From NCBI GenBank assembly GCA_964016885.1, contig CAXHJY010000998.1:111168-175167 (forward strand): a stretch of DNA of 64,000 bases. The letters are read 5' to 3'. This document shows, piece by piece, positions 46,079 through 60,121 of the stretch (positions are counted from its first letter, which is position 1; every line of letters begins with the position of its first letter). Both the position numbers and the translations under genes were made by a program. This DNA is from Eledone cirrhosa (taxonomy: Eukaryota). The notes under the pieces were generated by a model. It searched no databases. It saw only the letters and a program-made list of their open reading frames with translations, and was not told the DNA's origin.

Positions 46079-46262
46079 CGACAGCAACAACACAAAATAT
46101 GACGTTGACAACAACAACAACGATGACATCAACGACACCACCACCACCAACAACAACAACACCACCACCACCACCACCACCACCAACAACAACAACATCA
46201 ACAGCAATGTCAACAACAACAACGATAACAACTACCAAAATGATGACATCAACACCAACAAC
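45555..46262. repeat. Trinucleotide arrays (ACT)n, (ACA)n, (ACC)n
   Basis: Direct reading. Confidence 0.95.
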
Positions 46263-46816
46263 ACCCTCTAAGACAGTTCCCATGACAATGAGGATTGTTA
46301 TCAATTAGATGAGACATTTTTGTATGTTAGATTCAAAGCAATCATGTAGTGGGAGTCAATATGGATGTAATAGATTCAATCGATCGCCAGTAACTGATCG
46401 ATACCTACTTAACGGAGCCCAAAATTATAAAAAAATATTGATTTTTCAACAAAGAGACAAACTAGGCACTTATGATTTCGAGTGGGGTGTAGTAAATTTA
46501 GCGGACCCTGTATGAGATATAAACTTAATATCTAAATGAAGTTGACTGCATAAGGATTTATTAGGGGCGAAGGAAAAGTCGATTAAATCTTTCCCAGTGT
46601 ATTACGGGTGCTTTGTTTATCGACCTCGTAAGTTAGATTGGAGCATCGAAGCAGCTTAAAAGTCTGGGTTTATATTATATAAAGATATGATTACCCACAC
46701 GTAGTCGTTTTTCTTACTGATTAACCTATGTATGGACTCTGAGTAATGGGTTTGTATTTCTAACGTACAAACCCTATTATTTCATTGATTGAATAAGAGA
46801 CAACTAGCTTCGTGAA

Positions 46817-46864
<48 letters not shown>

Positions 46865-47773
46865 ACCGTAAGTGTGTGTATTTACTTAAGTAGATACAAA
46901 TGTATTATTGTGTCTTGTGTAGGAGAAGATCTTTAGAATTCAGAGGGTGGTGGTATCTGTGTATATATTTGTGTTTGTGTATAAATGATTGTGTATATAT
47001 TTGTGTTGTGTATAAATGACTGTATATATATATAGAGGCACAGAGATGGTTTCATTAAGATTCAAATACCACGACCACCAGCTGAATCATGCAAATATTC
47101 AACCCATACACTTACATATATTAAATACACTTATACAAACACATATATACATACTCTGACGCTCATTCACACGCACACACAAACGCATATACAGACACAC
47201 AGACATTGCAAAATACACTGACACTCACACATATACGCATATACACACACGCACTTATACAACCTCACACGCAGGCATGTAAACATATGCACACATTTTG
47301 ACCTATGTTGAAAGAAAAAAAAATACCGAAAGAACGTAAGAAAACACTAAATGAAAAAGGAAAATATCTAAAAGTAAAAAACCCGAAAGCTAATAGGCCC
47401 CAAATGGCCGATGATGGGCCCCAAATTTATAACAAGATTTGCAGCTTGAGTCGGGGCGTTTAAATATGTCAACGGATATAAAACAACAGCTTCTCTCACT
47501 CCTTCACAAGAGAGTGAAAAATACAAGGGGTAGAACACACGTTAATCTTATTTGTTGAAAGATCAAGACATTTGTTAAACATTCTGTATAAATAATTTGG
47601 ATACTGGAACGGAGAAGATACTTTACAGATATACATACATACACACACGTAGTCAGACTCAGCCAAAAACACACATACATACACACATACATATACAATT
47701 ACACTCATATATATGCGTGTGCATATATGCGTCTCCTCACACATACATACAGACACACATACACACATGCACA

Positions 47774-47887
<114 letters not shown>

Positions 47888-48235
47888 CACGGCAATGATG
47901 AACATTCACGCAAACACACCGAGAACAAACATAAATAAATTTAAGCAGCCACACACAAAATGCATATATTTACAATCCTAGAATTACATACTCAGTTACG
48001 AATAGCATAACCTAAACTCTGTCCCCCAAATTAACCAAAATAAAAAGGCCTTTTTTAAAAGACACCTTCGAAAATCATCCTGCAGCAGTAACTTCAAAAG
48101 TGACATTAATCAGACAAGTTCCACGATTTGTTGTAGGCTTGTAAAGGATAAGAGCAGACACACCTCTTACAAGACAAACCAATAAATAACATCGATATAC
48201 GTTACCCACAGATATGCGTATAATACGCATTCACG

Positions 48236-48267
<32 letters not shown>

Positions 48268-48292
48268 GTAACTCCGCGTTACATTCCCTGGC

Positions 48293-48324
<32 letters not shown>

Positions 48325-48331
48325 TATAATC

Positions 48332-48522
48332 TATAATAAACAATACAATATAATTACCTCATTACCAGAGGTTTCCCGAATAAGACGAATACGAAAAACG
48401 TCCTCATTCGTTCGTCGGATAAGGCAATTCCTTATCCGACGAACGAATGAGGACGTTTTTCGTATTCGTCTTATTCGGGAAACCTCTGGTAATGAGGTAA
48501 TTATATTGTATTGTTTATTATA
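48332..48522. repeat. Perfect palindrome, 93-bp arms, 5-nt loop
   Basis: Arms checked base by base; loop CAATT at 48425-29. Confidence 0.95.
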
Positions 48523-48737
48523 CATTAAATTTAGCTCTGGCACTTACATAGAGCACTCTTCACTCCTATGACTTTTTCAATTTTCAACGGAAACTTCAAT
48601 ACTTGGTAGAATATAGGCATTTTTATTTTATATAAAAATAACTTGTACACATCTAGAAGTTTCATTCGCAGGAAACCAACAGGAAAGTTTATATATATAT
48701 ATATCGCTAGGACACCGATAATTACACACACACACAT

Positions 48738-48866
<129 letters not shown>

Positions 48867-49284
48867 GTATATTAGTGTGTATAGTGTGATGATATTTGTT
48901 ACTGAAGGTTGTGTTATTTGGGTGTGGTATATTATCATTGTACCTTTTGAAACCATGAGTAATCTTGATATCACAACATATTGTCTTTATCAGTTAACAC
49001 GTTTTCTTAACTTAAATTGTTTGCTTTATTTCATTATTTATTTTTTTGACACTGTTTAAATTGTTTCAGTTAAATACTTTTGGAACCAAAAGAAATGTAA
49101 GATAAAACCAAGGAAAACAAAACCTAAATATAAAGATTAAAAGAATCTAACTCAGTGTGGACTGTGGCAAATATATTTGTATAATGTTCTCATTTGTAAA
49201 TATATTTTAACTAGATCTATCGGATGAACTAAATAGCGTACATATATACATCCTTACATGCATATATATATATATATATATATA

Positions 49285-49664
49285 TGCAGTTCTGTTTACA
49301 TGCCAACACAAGAGCAATGATGAAGGGTTCATTCTACTGACATGGCTTTAAAAATGAGGCTCGTATACAGGAAACTGCCTGGCCAGTCTGCTGATATGCA
49401 AATCTGGCTGATCAGTGGATCTGCTAATATGCAGATCTGACTGATCAGCCGGTCTGCTAATATGCAAATCAGGCCCATCAGTCACTGTATATTTTAGAAA
49501 ATAGCATATAGTTTCACTAGCTCTGACAGTTGGCAGGTGAACAGTGAGCTGTACTGACGAAGGGTGATATCCAGAAGCATTAGTGTCTGCAGTTCTGTTT
49601 ACATGCCAATACAAGAGCAAGAATGAAGGGTTCATTCTACTGACATGGCTTTAAAAATGAGGCT
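49285..49664 (+). mobile_element. Retrozyme/Penelope-like non-autonomous element: 303-nt unit plus ~77-nt terminal redundancy
   Basis: Direct repeat 49285-49361 / 49588-49664, starting right after a (TA)n tract at the base following the HHR cleavage site; three internal 33-nt repeats at 49381-49480. Confidence 0.75.
49546..49595 (+). ncRNA. Type I hammerhead ribozyme (one core variant)
   Basis: Stem I GAGCTGTA/TGCAGTTC (extendable: TTGGCAGGTGAACAG pairs with CTGTTTACATGCCAA); CTGACGA 49554-60; stem II GGGT/ATCC; GAAG (for GAAA) 49574-77; near-palindromic stem III CATTAGTG; GTC triplet, predicted cleavage after 49587. Confidence 0.8.
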
Positions 49665-49935
49665 TGTTTGCATAATTGCAAACGAATCGAATGTTATTGT
49701 TAATATTCGAAAAACTCAGATAACATTTATATATATATATATATATATGTATGTATATATATATATATAGTAATAATAATAAATGTGAAGACTAAAATCC
49801 AAAGAAGGCTCGATAAGGATAAATATATATCAAATATATAAGAACCCTAGAGCAATAATTATTAAAATATTTATTAAAATAACGGATTAAAGTTTATGCA
49901 AGGAATCACTGCTTTCACCCTTAACGGGATTTATA

Positions 49936-50002
<67 letters not shown>

Positions 50003-50015
50003 CCGAGCGAAAAGA

Positions 50016-50100
50016 ACCCTCTGACGAAAGTCTTTCTTTTCAATGGATTTCCGCACGGATTATCCATTTATTTTGAGACTTGAAACCGTACGGTAAGGGT
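50016..50100 (+). ncRNA. Canonical type I hammerhead ribozyme
   Basis: ACCCT-CTGACGA-AAGTCT...(long stem II incl. AATGGAT/ATCCATT)...AGACTT-GAAA-CCGTACGG-TA-AGGGT; all core bases intact, palindromic stem III ACCGTACGGT, GUA triplet 50093-95; island flanked by (TA)n. Confidence 0.88.
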
Positions 50101-50278
50101 AATTACAGCAGGTACAGTGAACTTTTTAAAATTTATTTTAAAACCTTTTCTTATTTGCTAAACCTTGATTATATATATATATATACCCTCCTTTATTTAA
50201 TCTTTTTTCTACACTATTCAATTATATATTTTTGCTATTTTCTATCGATAATATTTTTTGTTTACTATTTTCCTTTTG

Positions 50279-50410
50279 GGTCATCGCTGATGAAGGACAA
50301 ATGCACGAAACGTTGACTACTTCACTCTTTCCCCAAGCGTGAAACTAATAAACCTAATGTTATTGCATCTTCTTCGCTCGTTCGATTCGTTTTTATTAAT
50401 TTGTAAAATA
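50279..50410 (+). ncRNA. Minimal hammerhead motif with downstream PLE-type tail
   Basis: CTGATGA-AGGAC-AAAT-GCAC-GAAAC-GTT-GACT (stem II damaged); the tail CAAGCGTGAAACTAA recurs at 29116-29285 on the - strand. Confidence 0.55.
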
Positions 50411-50637
50411 TATTAGTATTTTCTTTTAATTTTCAACAATATCCTTATACTATCTAAGACTGGGAAGAGCCGAATCTGGGAAGAGTGGCTATTAAAGGCA
50501 GATGTGAGGATAGAACCTGTGGTCGTGTACTCTACGTTGCATACTTTATAATTAAACAAATGGAGCTGTAATGAGATTGGTGAATAATTGATAATGGTAA
50601 GGTTATTACAGTTTGTATGAGTATGTATGTCTATGTA

Positions 50638-50752
<115 letters not shown>

Positions 50753-51244
50753 ATGTGTGTGTGTGTGTGTATGTTTGAACTGAATGAATGTGTGAATGTG
50801 TGTGCATGTGATGAAATGAAAGAATGAGCAAGAATATATTGCATTTAGAAAAAGCCTTTTATTTTATCCAAAAGCACCTACTGGCACGCACATAAGCTTG
50901 CATATATATATATATATGCTATCATATATGTACGTATATATTGTCTATGTATACATGTATGGAGGTATGTATATGTGTGTATGGTGTGTATATGTAGTCA
51001 TTTTCTTTAAGAATCTATACATAATTATCTGCACCCTATATTCAAACGCACGCACGTAGTCATGCATTGAGAAAATGGTTGTAACACACACACACCAGTA
51101 ATATTATATATATATATATATGTATGTATATACATCTATATAATATATATACATATATATATATATATATACATATATATATGTGTCTATATATATATGT
51201 AATATATATACATATATAACATATATATTGTATATATAATATAC

Positions 51245-51326
<82 letters not shown>

Positions 51327-51483
51327 ATACGTGTCTGTGAGATCTATAGTAGTTATTGATTACCGACATGCAATCTACTAGTAATAGGAATGTTTTGTCT
51401 TTATTCATCTTAATCACGTACTTTAACACTTATTTAGTTATATAGTTATATAGTTATATATACTCCTTCATAAGACAACGTAG

Positions 51484-51942
51484 ATGAATGTGTGTTCCTA
51501 TGAATGTGTCTATAAATGTACCTATGAATGTGTTTATGAATGTGTGTTTGAATGTGTCTATGTATGTACCTATGTATGCGTCTATGAATGTGTCTATAAA
51601 TGTACCTATGAATGTGTGTATGAATGTGTCTATGAATGTGTCTATAAATGTGTCTATGAATGTGTTTATGAATGTGTGTATGAATGTGTCTATGTATGTA
51701 CCTATGTATGTGTCTATGAATGTGTGTATGAATGTACCTATGTTTGTGTCTATGTATGTCTATGAACGTGTCTATAAATGTGTTTATGTATGTGTCTATG
51801 AATGTGTCTATGAATGTGTCTATGTATGTGTCTATGAATGTACATATGAATGTGTGTATGAATGTGTCTATGTATGTACCTATGTATGTGTCTATGAATG
51901 TGTCTATGTATGTGTCTATAAATGTGGTGTCTATGAATGTGT
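51484..51942. repeat. 12-bp minisatellite (TATGAATGTGTC)n
   Basis: Direct reading. Confidence 0.95.
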
Positions 51943-52116
51943 CAATGCATCTATATATATATATGTCAATATGTATATATGTATGGTTGTGTGAATCTAT
52001 GGATATTTTTCCTTAAAGTTTCTAGTAATGACATGTCGGATATATATCAGAAACAACTATTAAACACAGGCCCAAAAAATTTAGTAGTGATATATATGTT
52101 TTTATGTGTGTGTGTT

Positions 52117-52211
<95 letters not shown>

Positions 52212-52292
52212 TGATTCACTCTACCCGTTTCTTCCTTTCTTGATCTCCCTCTCACCACACTTCTTTTGTTAGATCTAACCATGACAAATTTT

Positions 52293-52335
52293 CCTCACAT
52301 TTCCGCCATTTTGTCTGTGGCGTCATCTAGTTGGT
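52293..52335 (-). promoter_or_regulatory. Candidate divergent start region
   Basis: - strand CAAAATGGCGG (YY1-like) followed by AAAT|GTGAGG; CTCF-like CCAACTAGATGACGCC just upstream. Confidence 0.35.
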
Positions 52336-52710
52336 GGATGGAAGAATATCTCGTTATCACGCTTAATATGTCTTAAGTACACCTGCAACTGGACTGGACA
52401 ATGTTTAAAGGTGTATTACAGCATATAAAACATTAGATTACGGTTGGACATAGGATCAACTTCACTGGACACACGTTAATGATATGTATTAAAGGTGGGG
52501 CAAGTGGACTTAGTGATGTAGCGTTATCATGGTTTCAATCCCTACTTTCATCTCCTCTGAGGATAATATTCTAATGAAATGCGCAGGAAATTGTGAGAAC
52601 TGTGTCATATATACATCTATCTATATACATCTATATGTATGTATTTATGTATGTTTATGGATAGGGTGAAAGCAGCGATTCTTTGCTTAAACTTTAATAT
52701 GTTATTTATG

Positions 52711-52914
<204 letters not shown>

Positions 52915-53034
52915 AATATGTATATATATAAATATATATCTAATATAGGAATAGCTTCTATATTAAATATGTATACTCTGCTATCTATTGAGTACCCCAC
53001 TTACTGTGTTTACCTCCGATTGAACCCAGGATAA

Positions 53035-53094
<60 letters not shown>

Positions 53095-53460
53095 GTATGC
53101 ATCTATGTCTCTGTCTGTGGTAGGGTAAGCCTGTTTCAGTATATTTAAATATAGACATAGAGACATACCATATAGATTTAGGAAATATTTGAAAATACGG
53201 TCTTAGAACATATGGAAGGCTGGAATGGAATGTGAAGTGAATTTGAAGAAGTAATTGCTGTTAATGTAAACCTTATTGTTATTTCCTTCTACTTCAACAC
53301 CTGTCTTCCTTATAACGTCCAACGATACAACATATTAGAGATTTCTTGGCATGCTAGAACAGGAAATATAAAGAGTTACCTTCTCTTGTTCATTTATAAC
53401 ACACAGGCTCACTCATACATACATGTACATGCACAGACACACATAAAAGATGATAGGCAT

Positions 53461-53525
<65 letters not shown>

Positions 53526-53528
<3 letters not shown>

Positions 53529-53616
53529 CGAAGGAAATGTGGTAAGGAACCAGGTGGACCATAACGCACCAAAGTACTCAATACTTAGGGTAGTAGAGTG
53601 GGTAATAGGAACGAGT
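53526..53616 (-). mobile_element. Family A copy (short)
   Basis: Near-identical to 14350-14440; (TA)n on both sides. Confidence 0.8.
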
Positions 53617-53638
53617 ATATATATATGTGTGTGTGTGT

Positions 53639-53819
53639 GTAATTATCGGTGTCCTCGCGATATATATCAACTTTCCTGTTGGTTTCCTGCGTATGAAACT
53701 TCTAGACGTGTACAAGTTATTTCTATATAAAATAAAAATGCCTATATTCTACGAGCGTATTGAATGGCTTTTTTTTCTATGGTCACCTTCCGATCCCCAT
53801 CGCGAGGACACTGATAATT

Positions 53820-53820
<1 letters not shown>
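53639..53820. repeat. Island with 21-bp inverted termini
   Basis: TAATTATCGGTGTCCTCGCGA / TCGCGAGGACACTGATAATTA; body matches 48607-48724 in reverse. Confidence 0.8.
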
Positions 53821-53901
<81 letters not shown>

Positions 53902-53976
53902 TCTAGAGGTATACGATTCACATGTGTCTTTATTCCCATTTGGATATATCTATTAGTTTCAATATATATCTATCTT

Positions 53977-54100
53977 CTCGCGAGACCTATTTTGATGTTC
54001 TCACTAAATCGGTCCCATGGGAGAATACAAGAAACTTTTTTCTCAACTATTTTCTCGACATGGCGGATTTAGATGTACATTTGTGTCATTGTGGGTGAGT
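53977..54100 (+). promoter_or_regulatory. Candidate promoter and first exon
   Basis: Palindromic TCTCGCGAGA at 53977-86, YY1-like GACATGGCGG at 54057-66, strong donor GG|GTGAGT at 54095. Confidence 0.45.
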
Positions 54101-54391
54101 CTCACTTTGTGTGTGTGTGGGTGTGCGTCTGTGCTTATGTATGTGTGTGTTTATTTACGTATAACAATACTGTCAAAGGGAGTATAGATTAGTGCATACA
54201 CATCAATCGTTCTTCTTCTTCCATGGTGTGATCGTTTTGTACTCTTTTTTTACCGTGGCTTGTTGACAAAATGGCTGTTTCTGCCTTATGTTCTTAGTTA
54301 AATGACCGTGGAAGATTTTTCTAAAGCACAACCAACCATAAACACGCGCGCACACAGACACAGACACTCAAACACAAACACACAAACATAA

Positions 54392-54425
<34 letters not shown>

Positions 54426-54557
54426 TTCATTAAACACACACACAAATATACAAACACTCACGAACACTCACAAATACTCACAAACTCATAAACCCACACA
54501 TGCACACACATTCAGTTGATAATACAACCATTAAGAACAATCCTGGTTTAAACGTTC

Positions 54558-54606
<49 letters not shown>

Positions 54607-54804
54607 AATTTTAGTACACCACTAACGAAGCTTTAGTTCGCGGCCAAGCTAACGAATGCAAATTCGGTATGTAGCTTTAGCACTCGAATGGGAATAGTAC
54701 CCCAGAGTAACAACAATACGTTTAGACAGCTTAGCAAATCAAATATAGCGATCGGCAGTCCAGCCGCATTACCACAGCAACGAAAATACAGGACTCAGGA
54801 AAAG

Positions 54805-54876
<72 letters not shown>

Positions 54877-55676
54877 TGTAGTTAATACGAAGCATTGGTC
54901 AACTATTCATTTCATCCATACGAGGTAGTAAAATATATTATTTAAGCATTCTGTTTGCCTTCAAAAATCCAATCGTATTTTATAAAATGATATACACAAT
55001 TATTCTACCTAATTAAGGTAGGACTTATAACACCTCTGTAATTCAATGTAGTGTGGATATTAATATCTCATCGAAAGAAAGTGAAATCTGGTTTTGTGGA
55101 ACCATAATATCTTATATGTTTTAGTGTATTCATAGAACTAGAAGGTGAGATATATAGTTTGAAATACGAAATAAATAAAAAAAAAAACAGGTTCAGTGCT
55201 TAATAAATCAATGTTTTTACATTGTCTCTAAGGGGGAAATGAAGCTTGATGAAATGAATATATTGATTGATCGATAGTAGTTAGGTAACCTCCTAATATA
55301 AGCTTCGACAAAACACGCCCATCTCACCGTTTATCATCAGAAACAAAAGTATAACGCTTGAAACGATCGTAAGAAAATTTATTAATAAGTACTAAAACTC
55401 GACTTCTTGTTTTAATTGTACAACTTAAAAGTATATTACATAAATAGGTATACTTTATTTGAGGCCTTCATTTATTTGCAGGTGATGAACGTCTTAATTG
55501 TAGATTTATGGAGTTGGTCAGTCTAGAGAAATGTCTTGGTGATACTGGTTGAATATTTGTCAGCTTCGAAAACTAATGTCAAAGAAAGAGTACATAAACA
55601 AATAAGGACACACATGCGGACACACACACGGACAGACACACGGATACACATGCGTGCAGATACGCACACACTTGTG

Positions 55677-55784
<108 letters not shown>

Positions 55785-55960
55785 GAATAAATATAACGAG
55801 TTTTTAATTTTATTTATTTAATAGATTTACAAACGTTTCTTTCATTTCAAACACAGTACGAAGAACCATTTTATTTCTCTCTACAGAATTCCCTAGAATC
55901 ATTAGACAATACAAAAATATATTTAATCACTAACCGCCTGTTCGAACATCTCCATTTCGA

Positions 55961-56175
55961 ATAAATAAATATTGACATACCCTTAAAAAATGCAACCATT
56001 ACTGTTACAGTAATGGTTGCATTTTTTAAGGGTATGTCAATATTTATTTATAAAACTGATCTATATTATATTTTGTCTGATGAAAGCACACCATAATTTA
56101 ACTTGGATGTCCTTGAAATATGTATAATGAAATAAATATGGTTTTATAAATATAGTTTCCATTTGTTAATATCGT
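55961..56175 (+). mobile_element. HHR-bearing module, family H, with 5' fold-back
   Basis: Perfect 44-bp-arm palindrome 55961-56051, then CTGATGA 56077-83 ... GAAA 56115-18 TATGTA and the shared tail into (TA)n. Confidence 0.72.
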
Positions 56176-56205
56176 ATATATATATATATATATACATACA
56201 TATAC

Positions 56206-56320
56206 GGCCAGAGCTCAGCCGTGGGGCCCTGACTCTTTTCCTATTGCCGACTATACTGCTCTAAGTATTGAGTGCTCCGGAGCGTTATGGTCCACGTGGT
56301 AACATACTACACCTCCCTTG

Positions 56321-56322
<2 letters not shown>
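56206..56322 (+). mobile_element. Family A subfamily copy
   Basis: Similar to 59623-59740; TA-flanked. Confidence 0.7.
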
Positions 56323-56380
<58 letters not shown>

Positions 56381-56381
56381 T

Positions 56382-56434
<53 letters not shown>

Positions 56435-56640
56435 GCATACACATATAATAATACTAAGAGCATTAATCACCATAAATATCCTTGCTAAATGCTAAAACAT
56501 CGTAAAATGTCTTACACTGTGAATATCCGCATATTTTCGTGTTTTAACATTTGAACCAAAGAGAGTAGGAAGATAGAGATAGGAGATTAGAGAGGGAAAG
56601 TATATAGAGAGATGGAAAGGGAGAACTAGAGAGTGTTTAC

Positions 56641-56718
<78 letters not shown>

Positions 56719-56719
56719 G

Positions 56720-56754
<35 letters not shown>

Positions 56755-57224
56755 GTATAGAGAGAGAGAGAGAGTGAGAGGGAGAGGGAGAGGGAGAGGG
56801 AGAGGGAGAGAGAAATTAGTGGGGAATAGGAGGAGGGAGGGCTTACATAGTAGACAAACCGTCTAGAAATGGGCGACATAGAGTTAAAGATCAAACGAAA
56901 GTCTTGATTAACCCATACAGGGCAAAATCCTCCTTGTCTATTATTTCACTCCATGAAAATGGTAGTAGTGGGGTCTCTGATTTATTGGTTTGCTGTTGCA
57001 GTAACAGCTGAATAATAATAACAACATTGTGAACTTAAGTAAGGGGCTTTTTTTAGGGGCCTGCTCATATGTATTTGTCACTACCCCTTTGAAAACAGTT
57101 CACCCATACAAGACCAATCTGAAGAAGTCAAATAATTTTGTACTTTGAAATTTTAGCGAACAGCCAACACCAACCGCTCACTCACATATTATATATAATA
57201 CACACACATTCACGCACGCACATG

Positions 57225-57280
<56 letters not shown>

Positions 57281-57657
57281 TATATAAGAGTGCGCGTTGG
57301 GTAAACTCAACTTTATAATAAAGAGACGTTCACCTAAGATATAACACAGTTTGGTCTATGTTACATGGGACCACATGAATGCAAAGGAAGTTAACTAAGT
57401 TACTACTCACACGCACCCATACACATACACACACATACACATACACACACATACACACAGTCGCATGCACACACGCCATAACACACACATACACATATGC
57501 AAACAATCGCACATTTATATACATTTGAACGTATAAAAGTAAAAATGTAGCTCTAGAAATAATCCAGCATGAATCTGAAACACACACACACACATACAGA
57601 GAAACAAATATACAAACACACACACACACACACACAAACACAAACAAATACACACAG

Positions 57658-57724
<67 letters not shown>

Positions 57725-58047
57725 GACACACACAAACACAAACAAATACACACGAACACACAGACACATACACACACAGACACACACAAACAAACAAATA
57801 CACACAAACACACACACAGACACAGACACTCACAGACACACACACACTCACACACACACTCACAGACACACACAAACAAACAAATACACGCAAACACACA
57901 CACACAAACACACACTATCTTCGAAAAGAAACAAAGAAGCCACATGAGTCTTTCCTCAATTCCCTCAACACAGTTTTATCATATCAAAATAAATTAATTT
58001 CTGCTGACATGGAAATTTCAATTTGACTTCTTGAACTTCACTTAAAC

Positions 58048-58191
<144 letters not shown>

Positions 58192-58740
58192 GTAGTAATA
58201 GAGAACGAAGGAAAGATGGAGAGAGGGATGAGTAATAGTAAGAGAGAAGGAAGGAAAGATGGGGAGGGTAAAAGCAGACAGACAGACAGACAGTCAGACA
58301 GAACAGATCTATCACTAAAACATTCTAAAACAATTATTGAAATTTACATTTCCGCTAGGCCAAAAGTCTATTACGTAAGCGACACTATTTCGCTCAATCA
58401 AATACACACACACGCACAAACGCATACACGCACGCACTCAAACACACACACACACATATATATATATAAATGTGTCTGATGGTAGCTAAAATGCTTCCAT
58501 AGGCGGTATGCCGATTGAGCACTCTATGCTCTTACAGAGCAGAGTATGATAGAATAGAAAACGAAAAATCAGTGATGCATCTGAACTCAATTTATTGTGT
58601 GTAACACACAATAAATATATATCATCTCTAATATAGAAATGGATTCTACAAGACTAGAACTGTTTCATGCAAGAGAAAACATCAGACTTTCCTGGTGATT
58701 TCTTTTGAATGAAACAGATTTTGTTCTGTAGAAGTTATTC

Positions 58741-58957
58741 CAAGTCTAAACTTGCTCGAACTATATATATATATATATATGTAGCAACCAGTAAGACCCC
58801 AACGGCTGAGCTCAAGCCGTTTCGACGGCTAATTCCTTGAATTAGCCGTCGAAACGGCTTGAGCTCAGCCGTCGGGGGTCTTACTTATATATATATATGT
58901 ATATGTATATGCATATATATATATATATATATATATAGTTCGAGCAAGTTTAGACTT
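58741..58957. mobile_element. Nested palindrome around a family A hairpin
   Basis: Inner hairpin 58790-58885; outer inverted AAGTCTAAACTTGCTCGAACTA / TAGTTCGAGCAAGTTTAGACTT separated from it by (TA)n. Confidence 0.8.
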
Positions 58958-59460
58958 TTAATGAAGTAATAGTTACCTCTAAGATACCTGCAATATAACA
59001 GGGTCATTGATGAGAAATATCCCCACCCGACGGGAGATACTTTTTTACATAATGTTTCACATTAAATTGAATAATAAAGTTTTATTGGAAACTCTTGTAA
59101 ACGTGATGGTTGAGGGGTTCAAATAATAGATTTGCAATCACGTATTTGCGGGTTCATTCCTTTAAATGGCACCTTAGATTAGATAAGTGTCTACTATCAG
59201 AGATCTGAGTCGACTGAAGCCATGTGAGTAGAATCACGCTGGAGAATGAAACTGCGGTAGGCCATTACCTGGGTGTTTTACCTCGCAGCTTTGAGATCGG
59301 AATTGTGTCAAACGTGATAATATTCCTCCAGGTACACCTTTAAATATACATCAGAGGAAGTGATTAGACGGATGTGGAAATTCACTGGTCTTGTATCACA
59401 ATATATGACTACTTCTACCTTATATATGGATTGTTTTACTGTCTGGGTAGTATATATATA

Positions 59461-59740
59461 TCCGAACTAAGTCAGCAGTATTGTCGAAACGGCTAGAGCT
59501 CAGCCGTTGGGGTCCGGACATTTTTCCCATATATATAATATATATTTATATATATATATATATATTATAGTTCGAGCCATTTCGACAATAATGGTGGCTT
59601 AGTTCAGATCTAGCTGTCGAAACGGCCGGAGCTCAGCCGTGGGGCCCTGACTCTTTTCCTATTTCGCACTATACTACTCTAAGTATTGAGTGCTCTGGAG
59701 CGTTATGGTCCACGTGGTATCATACTAAACCGTCCTTGTT
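59461..59740 (+). mobile_element. Family A subfamily copies (two islands)
   Basis: GAAACGGCT-agagctc-AGCCGTT and GAAACGGCC-ggagctc-AGCCGTG; the second matches 56206-56322. Confidence 0.7.
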
Positions 59741-59750
59741 ATATATATAT

Positions 59751-60121
59751 ATACAAATAGTAACACAAAGTAACACAATGAAATTAAATAAAAAACGGTT
59801 AATTCATAGTACAACTCATTATTTTACGATCGTTTCTGGGGTGTAGTTCCCCGTATGTCCATTCTATTATTGATCTATGTAAAATATATTACAAAATATC
59901 ATAGTAAGAAAATATACATACGTCTTCAGAAATAATGAAGACGGCGGGTAGTGAAGACGTATGTATATTTTCTTATTATGATATTTTGTAATATATTTTG
60001 TAATATATTTTGTAATATATTTTACATATATTTTACTACCCCCCAGAAACGATCGTAAAATAATGAGTTTTACTATGAATTAACTGTTTTTTGTTTAATT
60101 TCATTGTTTTACTATTTGTAT
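59751..60121. repeat. Imperfect long inverted repeat
   Basis: ATACAAATAGTAA...TACGTCTTCA / TGAAGACGTA...TTACTATTTGTAT; arms contain GAAACGATCGTA. Confidence 0.88.

Noticed and set aside
45535-46308. Thr-rich, mucin-like ORFs
   Set aside because: Pure trinucleotide arrays, open in several frames on both strands, with no splice or domain context
49381-49480. CRISPR-like 33-nt repeats
   Set aside because: Contiguous tandem repeats without spacers, in eukaryotic DNA, with no cas genes
54060-55516. Coding gene MADLDVHLCHC spliced to an exon at 55482
   Set aside because: The splice gives an immediate stop (GGG TGA); at most 5' UTR or a uORF
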